Origin: Macrostomum lignano
Lineage: Eukaryota
DNA: 54,222 nt
Reading direction: 5' to 3'
Assembly (NCBI GenBank): GCA_002269645.1
Contig: NIVC01004222.1
Location: forward strand, 1 to 54,222
Of this stretch, positions 46,499-54,222 are shown piece by piece. The notes under the pieces were generated by a model. It saw only the letters and a program-made list of their open reading frames with translations, ran no database searches and was not told where the DNA came from. The translations under genes and the position numbers were made by a program. Numbering within the stretch: position 1 is the stretch's first letter; every line of letters begins with the position of its first letter.

Positions 46499-49489
46499 AT
46501 GGCTCATTCTGTGACCTTCGATCTGGAGGCTCCGGTCCGGAAACGCCTGCAAATGGAGGCGGCTGGAGAATTCGAACCCGGCAGCTCTCCGTTTCACCTG
46601 GAGCAGCTGCCAGAAGAGCTGCTCACGCAGATCCTGTCCGAGCTGGACCAGACCAGCCTCGGCCGGTGCGCTCAGCTGAGCAGGCGGTGGTGGCAGCTCG
46701 CCACACAGCCGCAGCTGTGGCGCAAAATCCACATTGACGGCCGCACCGCAGATGCCGAGCTGATGGAGCGGCTCAGAGACTGGCTGGGCAACAGCGTGCA
46801 GGAGATCTCGGCCTCCTTCCTCCCTCGGCTGCCGCTGCTTCTGGTCGCATCCGCCAGCCTCACCTGTCTCAGCCTGTGGCACGCTAAAGGAGACACTGCA
46901 GTGACCGTGGCTGCCTGCTTCTGCCGCAACCTGCGGGAGCTTCGCCTTTGCGGCTGCAACAGCGCGCTGTCGGCCGCCTCACTGAGCTGCCTGCTGTCCG
47001 ACTGCCCGCGCCTCTCGCTGCTGGAAACTGACAGCGATGAAGCGTTCGATGAATGGCGGCACTTTCAGGTGCGCCAGCCGTTCGTTGAGCTCGTCGGCCG
47101 CCTCTCGGCACTGTACCTGCCGTTCATCGAGGCTTTGGAGCTCCTTGATAATCTGGCAGAGTGTCCCCGGCTCTCCGTGTTGTCGATGGGCTGTCTGCCA
47201 GCCGCGGCGGTCACTGCGGTATGTTTTCACTGGGCTTTTTGTATGCAGGGACCGCCGTTCCAATCCAATGCAGGCACCTGCTTGAAGCCATGAGCTTCTT
47301 AAAAATGCATCAGCGCTGCTGAATTCCCCATCTCAGCTCCCCAGCTAAAGGCTTTGCAGTCTAGAAAAATCTGTTCTTAAGACAACTTAACTTCTTTGCG
47401 CTTGCCACTCTTCTGCATTAGTGCTTATTCTGAATCCTAGTCGATAAATTTTTGAAACCACCCAGGACTCAACTCAACCCATACTGGCTGTACTTTATCT
47501 TCTTAAGTTCAGACATGCTTTAAACAAATTTCCATAGAATTATTGAATTGCTTGACGGTCGGCGGTTCTTCATTGAATGCCCTCGCTGAACTCGCCGCCC
47601 TCCAGAGTTGCCCCGCGTGCTGAGCATCGCGCCGAACCTGACAGAGCTGCGAGTGGAAATTTGCGGCGGGAACTTCGATCTCAGGACCGACCAGCCGCCT
47701 GCGCCCGTTCCCAGGCTGAAACACCTGAGCCTTGACTGGAACTGGTCATATGGCGAGAATACTAAGATAGCATTGTGGCTGCTGCCCAGCCTGCCCTCGC
47801 TTGAGAGCCTCGATTTAGTGTTTTCCGAAGTCTCAGATGAGCAATTCCGCCAGATCCTCCGCTGCCTGACTGCCGGCCTTGCGGACCTTCGAGTGGAGAT
47901 TCACGGAAGTCGGTGCTCGTTCGGAGCTGAGCTGGGCGGTCCGCTGCCGCCGGGGCTTCAGCAGCTGCAGCTCACAGGATCATTATTTGATGATCCATGG
48001 AGTTTACAGTTGTCTGACACTCTGAGTGGCTGTCCAGGTGAGTCCCGCTCACCCTGCCGCTCACCCTGCCGCTCACCCTGCGCTCACCCTACATACTCGG
48101 ATTGATGCTCAGACTGCTGCTCTCCCAGATGCTCAGACTGCTGCTCTCCCAGATGCTCAGACTGCTGCTCTCCCAGATGGTCAGACTGCTGCTCTCCCAG
48201 ATGCTCAGACTGCTGCTCTCCCAGATGCTCAGACTGCTGCTCTCCAGATGCTCAGACTGCTGCTCTCCCAGATGGTCAGACTGCTGCTCTCCCAGATGCT
48301 CAGACTGCTGCTCTCCCAGATGCTCAGACTGCTGCTCTCCCAGATGCTCAGACTGCTGCTCTCCCAGATGGTCAGACTGCTGCTCTCCCAGATGCTCAGA
48401 CTGCTGCTCTCCCAGATGCTCAGACTGCTGCTCTCCCAGATGCTCAGACTGCTGCTCTCCCAGATGCTCAGACTGCTGCTCTCCCAGATGCTCAGACTGC
48501 TGCTCTCCCAGATGCTCAGACTGCTGCTCTCCCAGATGCTCAGACTGCTGCTCTACCAGATGCTCAGACTGCTCTCCCAGATGCTCAGACTGCTGCTCTC
48601 CCAGATGCTCAGACTGCTGCTCTCCCAGATGCTCAGACTGCTGCTCTCCCAGATGCTCAGACTGCTGCTCTCCCAGATGCTCAGACTGCTGCTCTCCCAG
48701 ATGCTCAGACTGCTGCTCTCCCAGATGCTCAGACTGCTGCTCTCCCAGATGCTCAGACTGCTGCTCTCCCAGATGCTCAGACTGCTGCTCTCCCAGATGC
48801 TCAGACTGCTGCTCTCCCAGATGCTCAGACTGCTGCTCTCCCAGATGCTCAGACTGCTGCTCTCCCAGATGCTCAGACTGCTGCTCTACCAGATGCTCAG
48901 ACTGCTGCTCTCCCAGATGCTCAGACTGCTGCTCTCCCAGATGCTCAGACTGCTGCTCTCCCAGATGCTCAGACTGCTGCTCTCCAGATGCTCAGACTGC
49001 TGTTCTCCCAGATGCTCAGACTTGCTCAGCTGCTATAAATTCCATTCAACTGCAGAGTTGACCTATGTTGAGCTGGAGGCGGGCACCGACGACCTGCTGG
49101 CGGCTCTGCTCTCCCGGCTGCCGCGCCTGCGCTGCCTCTGCATCAACAACTGCAGCCTCCTGACCCGCCAGGCCTGGGCGAATCTGCGAAGCCTCGCAGC
49201 CTGGCCACTCGATCTGATGGAGTTCCGGGCCCTCGATTGCACTGGCTTCAGCCTCACTGATGAGGCGGTGGCCGACCTGTGCGTCAGTCCGGTCGCCAGA
49301 GGCCTGCGGTGGCTCCACCTGTCCGACTGCAGCCAGCTGACTGCCGTCGCCCTCGCCAGCATCGCCAGCGGCTGTCCGTGGCTCACTGAGCTCCAGCTGG
49401 AGGGCTTCAGGCGAGTCCCCCGCGATGAGGGCATCGAGGCGGCCTTTGAGCTGAGCATCGACTTGACTGCTTGCTGGCTGCAACCGTAG
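46499..49489 (+). CDS. F-box/LRR-repeat protein, unit F (type I), ~528 aa
   Basis: Exons 46499-47218, 47606-48037, 49056-49489. The gene is fully open if one G is restored in the GGG run at about 47188 (unit B has GGGG there). Acceptor TTTACAG|ATG; donors GTATGT and GTGAGT. Confidence 0.8.
48105..49020. repeat. Expanded 24-bp minisatellite in unit F intron 2
   Basis: Roughly 38 copies of CCCAGATGCTCAGACTGCTGCTCT. Confidence 0.95.
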
Positions 49490-49809
49490 CAACTTTCATC
49501 TCTGCAACTGCCTCCCCTCAGCTCTGCAACTGCCTCCCTTCAGCTCTGCAACTGCCTCCCTTCAGCTCTGCAACTGCCTCCCTTCAGCTCTGCAACTGTC
49601 TCCCTTCGGCTCTGCAACTGTCTCCCTTCAGCTGTGCAGCCGTCTCCCTTCAGCTCTGCAACTGCCTCCCTTCAGCTCTGCAACTGCCTCCCTTCAGCTG
49701 CAACTGCCTCCCTTCATCTCTGCATCTGACTCCCTTCAGCTCTTCAACTGACTCACTTCGGCTTTGCATCTCTCATTCAGAGAAGAAGGAAAATGTTCAA
49801 CTCAGTGGG

Positions 49810-50141
49810 TTTTTTTTATTAGAGGCAGGGTCAGGCGCACTTTAAGCGACATACAGGTAGGCACACAATCGGCGAGAGGCATTACTGCCCATTCCGCCGA
49901 CTCCCCTGAGCAGGCATACAAGCGCGCGGATACGTACGCAGGCACACACTCACACAGGAGTGTACAGCGGCCCTAACTTTATTTTATCGTTACACATGTA
50001 CACTTTACTGCGTCTCGGGGGTTGGCTCTCAAGGCCGTTAATTGCACGAGCAGAGCCAAGCCGAGATTGCAATTCAGCCCCAAATTAATGTGACTGCACT
50101 TGGAATCGAGCCTGGGTCGCTGGCATACCAGAGCCTGCGCT
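49810..50141 (-). mobile_element. tRNA-derived SINE family 1, second copy
   Basis: Colinear and highly similar to 11236-11595, from the A-tail to the B-box region; the extreme 5' end is diverged. Confidence 0.85.
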
Positions 50142-50494
50142 AGACCGCCCAGAGAAACTAAATTCCTAGACAAGAGACTAGTCCCTCAAAAATCTGCTGT
50201 TGCGCCTTTGAGCAGTTTTCAAGTAACACTCCTACACGTATTACTGACTCATTCCCTAACATCTGATGATTACTTCAAGTACCATGTATCCTGTTATCCT
50301 GTTAGCCTGTAAAGCCAGCGGACAGCCAGGTTAAAAATAAATGCATTTTCTGGATTAGCCAGTGTTGGTGCCTGCACCGTATGCTGGGCTGTGTTGCTGC
50401 AGTTTTGAACCATTGTTCAATTTTGTTGCTTCTTGACAACAGGAGGCAGTCGCTTCTGTCTGTTTCTTCAAATATTCTGTTTTCTTTCTTACAG

Positions 50495-52695
50495 CTGGAG
50501 CAACTGCCAGAGGAGCTGCTCACGCAGATCCTGTCCGAGCTGGACCAGACCAGCCTCGGCCGGTGCGCTCAGCTGAGCAGGCGCTGGCGGCGGCTCGCCA
50601 CGCAGCCGCGACTGTGGTGCAAAATCCACATTGAAGGGTGCACCGCAGATGCCGAGCTGATGGAGCGGCTCAGAGACTGGCTGGGCGGCAGCGTGCGGGA
50701 GATCTCGGCCTGCGGGCTGACAGCCGAGCAGCGGCTGCCACTGCTGTTGGCCGCATCCGCCAGCCTCACCTGCCTGAGCCTGCGGGAGGTTCACGGCGAC
50801 GCTGAGGTGACGGAGGCGGGCCGCAGCTGCCCCGGCCTGCTGGAGCTGCGCCTCACCGACTGCCAGAAGTCGCTGTCGGCCGCCTCGCTGAGCAGCCTCC
50901 TTTCCGGCTGCCCGCGCCTCTCGCTGCTGGAATTCAGCGACAAGGGGGTCCTCAGCGACTGGTGGGACCCGGACTTTCGCTGGCTGCTCTTTGATCTGAT
51001 TGGCCGCCTCAGCAGCCTCAGCATATCTCTTGATGAAGCTGCGGAACTCATCAGCGAGCTGCCTGAATGCCCGCTGCTGCTCAGCCTGTCTGTTTACCAG
51101 CTCAGCCTGCCTGGTGAGTCCCCAGCCTGCCGATCCTGAGGGTCTCAGCTCGCGAGCCCCGCACCTCTCCGCCCATCTGCACCCAGAGCTGCAGACGGTG
51201 TTGAGCAGCGCCCGGAACCTGACCGACCTGCATGTTGAGACGCTCAGCAGCCAGGATGAAGCCGCCATGCTGAACTTCCCGCCCTTCCCCAGCCTGCGGC
51301 GGCTCAGCATCGGCGGCGGCCCGCCTGGCGGTCGAGTCCGAGTCCCCGAGATGTTGCTGGAGCTGCTGCCCAGCCTCCCGGCACTCAGCAGCTTCAGCAC
51401 CGTCTCGTCCGGCTTACTCGGCGAGGACTTCCGCCGTATCGTCCGCTGCCTGCCCGGCGACCTGGCGGACCTTCGGCTGCACTTTCTGGAGCAGCTGGCA
51501 GTGGATGAGGCCGAGGTGAGCGGCCCGCTGCCTTTGAGCCTGCGGCGTCTGCAGCTCACTGGGTCCGCCTTTGACACCGGCTGGGTCCTGCGGCAGACAG
51601 ATCCGCTGTCAGGCTGCTCAGGTGAGTCAAGAGGATGCTCATTCTTTGTGCAGGTGTCACTCACGTTGCTCACACTGCTCACATTCTCCTCTCTGCAGGC
51701 CTGACCCACCTCACTCTCTGCAGGCCTGACCCACCTCACTCTCTGCAGGCCTGACATACCTCACTCTCTGCAGACCTGACCCACCCCACTCTGCAGACAT
51801 GACCCACCTCACCCCCTCTGCAAGCCTGACCTACCTCACTCCCCGCTGCAAGCCTGACCCACTCACTCTCTGCAGGCCTGACCCACCTCACTCCCCCTCT
51901 GCAGGCCTGACCCACCTCACTCCCCGCTGCAAGCCTGACCCACCTCACTCCCCCTCTGCAAGCCTGACCCACCTCACTCCCCGCTGCAAGCCTGACCCAC
52001 TCACTCTGCAGGCCTGACCCACCTCACTCCCCCTCTGCAGGCCTGACCCACCTCACTCTCTGCAGGCCTGACCCACCTCACTCCCCACTGCAGGCCTGAC
52101 CCACCTCGCTCCCCACTGCAGGCCTGACCCACCTCACTCCCCTCTGCAGGCCTGACCCACCTCACTCCCCACTGCAGGCCTGACCCACCTCACTCCTTTC
52201 TGCAGCACTGACCCACCTCTCTCCTTTCTGCAGGCCTGACCCACCTCGCTCTCCAAGCGTGCAGCGATGACCACCTGCTGCCGGCTCTGCTCTCCGGCTG
52301 CCCCGCCTGCGCTGCCTTCGCTTCTTCGACTGCAGCCGCCTGACCCGCCAGGCCTGGGCGAACCTCCGAGACCTGCAGGGCCTCGCCGCCTCCTCATCCG
52401 ACTGCACGAGCTCCAGGCTCACCAGTGCGCCTATTCCAGCCTTACCGATGACGCGGTGGCCGACCTGTGCGCCAGTCCGGTTGCCAGGCGACTTCGGCGG
52501 CTGCTTTTGTCGTCTGAGCTCAGCAGTCAGCTGACGGCCGCCTCGCTGGCCAGCATCGCCAGCGGCTGCCCGCTGCTGACCCGCCTGAACCTCCGGTGGC
52601 GCTCCTGCGCTGACGAAGCTGAAGACCTTCGGGCTGCCTTCGAGCAGAGCGTTGAGCTGAACGGTGGCTGGTCTGAGGACGAGTTTCCCTGGTGA
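50495..52695 (+). CDS. F-box/LRR-repeat protein, unit G (type II)
   Basis: Exons 50495-51113, 51187-51621, 52234-52695 with phase-1 GT-AG introns. Exon 3 needs two single-C restorations (about 52293 and 52402). It starts at acceptor TTACAG|CTG; an unspliced in-frame ATG also exists at 50381. Confidence 0.75.
51692..52250 (+). repeat. ~25-28-bp minisatellite made of the duplicated intron/exon junction CTGCAG|GCCTGACCCACCTCA
   Basis: About 20 tandem copies of the unit G exon-3 acceptor plus the first codons. Confidence 0.9.
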
Positions 52696-52811
52696 CTTGT
52701 GTGTCCATTTACATATTTTTATAAAGTTGGCTGAGATGAACTGAATGCACTGCTGCTTCTGGCAAATCTGCCTTCTTGTGGCTGCGTCTTTCTGCTTCTG
52801 TTTTTGTAGGC

Positions 52812-53875
52812 AGTGCATGGAGACTCAGGCTTTGATGAATTATAGACAGCCTGATGAACGGCATGGAGACTCAGGCTTTGATGAATTATAGACAGCCTGA
52901 TGAACGGCATGGAGACTCAGGCCTTGATGAATTATAGAGAGCCTGATGAACGGCATGGAGACTCAGGCTTTGATGAATTATAGAGAGCCTGATGAACGGC
53001 ATGGAGACTCAGGCTTTGATGAATTATAGACAGCCTGATGAACGGCATGGAGACTCAGGCTTGATGAATTATAGACAGCCTGATGAACGGCATGGAGACT
53101 CAGGCCTTGATGAATTATAGAGAGCCTGATGAACGGCATGGAGACTCAGGCCTTCATGAATTATAGAGAGCCTGATGAACGGCATGGAGACTCAGGCTTT
53201 GATGAATTATAGACAGCCTGATGAACGGCATGGAGACTCAGGCTTTGATGAATTATAGACAGCCTGATGAACGGCATGGAGACTCAGGCCTTGATGAATT
53301 ATAGACAGCCTGATGAACGGCATGGAGACTCAGGCTTTGATGAATTATAGACAGCCTGATGAACGGCATGGAGACTCAGGCCTTGATGAATTATAGAGAG
53401 CCTGATGAACGGCATGGAGACTCAGGCTTTGATGAATATATAGAGAGCCTGATGAACGGCATGGAGACTCAGGCTTTGATGAATTATAGAGAGCCTGATG
53501 AACGGCATGGAGACTCAGGCCTTGATGAATTATAGACAGCCTGATGAACGGCATGGAGACTCAGGCTTTGATGAATTATAGACAGCCTGATGAACGGCAT
53601 GGAGACTCAGGCCTTGATGAATTATAGAGAGCCTGATGAACGGCATGGAGACTCAGGCTTTGATGAATTATAGAGAGCCTGATGAACGGCATGGAGACTC
53701 AGGCTTTGATGAATTATAGAGAGCCTGATAAACGGCATGGAGACCCAGGCCTTGATGAATTATAGAGAGCCTGATGAACGGCATGGAGACTCAGGCCTTC
53801 TTGAATTATAGAGAGCCTGATGAACGGCATGGAGACTCAGGCCTTCTTGAATTATAGAGAGCCTGATGAACGGCA
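52812..53875. repeat. 46-bp minisatellite between units G and H
   Basis: About 23 copies of GCATGGAGACTCAGGCTTTGATGAATTATAGACAGCCTGATGAACG with an internal TCAGGC..GCCTGA hairpin. Confidence 0.95.
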
Positions 53876-54139
53876 GACTTGGGCAAAAATTCAAAAACTT
53901 TTTAATATTATGTTTTCTGTCATCACGGGCTTTAAAGTCTCTTAAATTTTTGCTAAATTTGTCTATCAATAAAATAAATAAACTTGAATTAATTCTCCTA
54001 TGAAGATAATTAAGGTCCCGAGGACTTGGCGTTTCTGCATATTTTTAATTCCCAGATCAGGCAAAGCTCGAAACTGTTTTGATTTCTCTGCTTTGAGCTC
54101 GCAGAGACTGGAGAGCAGCTTCATCATTGCAGCCGCACC

Positions 54140-54222
54140 ATGGCGGAGGCCTGCGCGAGTCAAGAGGGTCCGGCGCCAAAGCCTCTGCGGCTGGAGGCGG
54201 CTGAGGCGGCCGGTGTGAAGAC
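54140..54222 (+). CDS. Start of F-box/LRR family unit H (type III), truncated by window edge
   Basis: TTGCAG|CCGCACC-ATG GCG GAG GCC TGC.. (MAEACASQEGPAPKPLRLEAAEAAG). The N-terminus and about 250 bp of upstream DNA are homologous to unit D. Confidence 0.6.
   Translation, partial: MAEACASQEGPAPKPLRLEAAEAAGVK

Noticed and set aside
48026-49061. 487-aa and 319-aa ORFs (SQMLRLLL / CSDCCSPR repeats)
   Set aside because: They run through the intronic 24-mer array; flanking GT-AG sites give a coherent spliced gene without it.
52812-53875. Hammerhead ribozyme/retrozyme array (CTGATGA core present)
   Set aside because: No GAAA core preceded by a closing stem II, and no stem III/UH arrangement can be formed.

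Overview
This is eukaryotic (animal) genomic DNA. It has GC-rich exons, spliceosomal introns packed with locus-specific minisatellites, tRNA-derived SINEs and MITEs. The style most resembles a free-living flatworm such as Macrostomum; that assignment is an inference, not a database result. 0-6.4 kb: a 5-exon CoREST/RCOR gene on the minus strand, with a mirror-ended mariner relic in its last intron. 11.7-14.6 kb: a 3-exon TMCC/TEX28-family gene. 17.6-18.7 kb: a secreted PAN/apple + C-type lectin gene whose only intron appears to be a SINE insertion. 19.5-24.2 kb: retroelement debris. 25-54.2 kb: a same-strand tandem cluster of about 8 F-box/leucine-rich-repeat (LRR) gene units (called A-H here), in three 5'-end types repeated as I-II-III. 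In this cluster the F-box coding DNA is identical between copies while the LRR exons are strongly diverged and mosaic. Every unit whose 5' end is preserved starts at a splice acceptor, and the type II copies begin in phase 0 directly on the F-box, with no usable upstream ATG in B and C. This fits an operon-like array initiated by the terminal AUG of the flatworm spliced leader (hypothesis). Many single-base frameshifts in short homopolymers may be long-read consensus errors. No rRNA, true tRNA or CRISPR array was found.
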